Below, piece by piece: positions 18,345 through 18,409 of a stretch of 18,409 nt of DNA. Position 1 is the stretch's first letter, and every line of letters begins with the position of its first letter. This DNA is from Campylobacterota bacterium (GTDB lineage Bacteria; Campylobacterota; Campylobacteria; Campylobacterales; Sulfurimonadaceae). The stretch lies in assembly GCA_034717975.1 (NCBI GenBank), contig JAYEMF010000050.1:1-18409 (forward strand), in the 5' to 3' direction. Both the position numbers and the translations under genes were made by a program. The notes under the pieces were generated by a model. The model was not told the DNA's origin, did not search any database, and saw only the letters and a program-made list of their open reading frames with translations.

Positions 18345-18350
18345 TATACT
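18345..18350 (+). promoter_or_regulatory. Putative -10 box for the tRNA
   Basis: GGTATACT about 20 nt upstream of the tRNA 5' end. Confidence 0.5.
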
Positions 18351-18371
18351 TTCAGCCTTCTAACTACAAGT

Positions 18372-18409
18372 GATCGCGTAGCTCAGTTGGTAGAGCACTA
18401 CCTTGACAT
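18372..18409 (+). tRNA. tRNA-Val(GAC), truncated by the window end
   Basis: Acceptor 5' strand GATCGCG, TA, D arm GCTC-AGTTGGTA-GAGC, then CTACC and anticodon loop TT-GAC-AT. Confidence 0.92.

Overview
Core-genome window from a Campylobacterota bacterium, probably a free-living Sulfurimonas/Sulfurovum-like lineage (inferred from gene order and protein sequences). Gene order: partial Cys/His-rich ORF (-), methyl-accepting chemotaxis protein (-), rqcH/NFACT, small acidic protein, cdsA, dxr, YdeN-like hydrolase, membrane protein, tsaD, tpx, outer-membrane beta-barrel (all +); mqnD-fliQ-murB (-); recA, eno, FtsB-like, AMIN-domain protein (+); rpsT-prfA (-); glmM, lspA and a truncated tRNA-Val(GAC) (+). 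I see no transposase, phage, CRISPR or defence genes, and no convincing new multi-gene protein system. The interesting signal is non-coding. (1) An 85-nt element occurs twice, 11.5 kb apart, with a 32-nt identical core and compensatory changes in three stems. (2) A perfect 18-bp inverted repeat overlaps the recA -10 box, and its TTGCAA core recurs at another promoter. (3) A structured C/U-rich tpx 3' region resembles an anti-Shine-Dalgarno sRNA. (4) Two (G3N4)-type heptamer tracts with G-quadruplex potential sit at the murB and tsaD start regions. All functional interpretations of these are inference.
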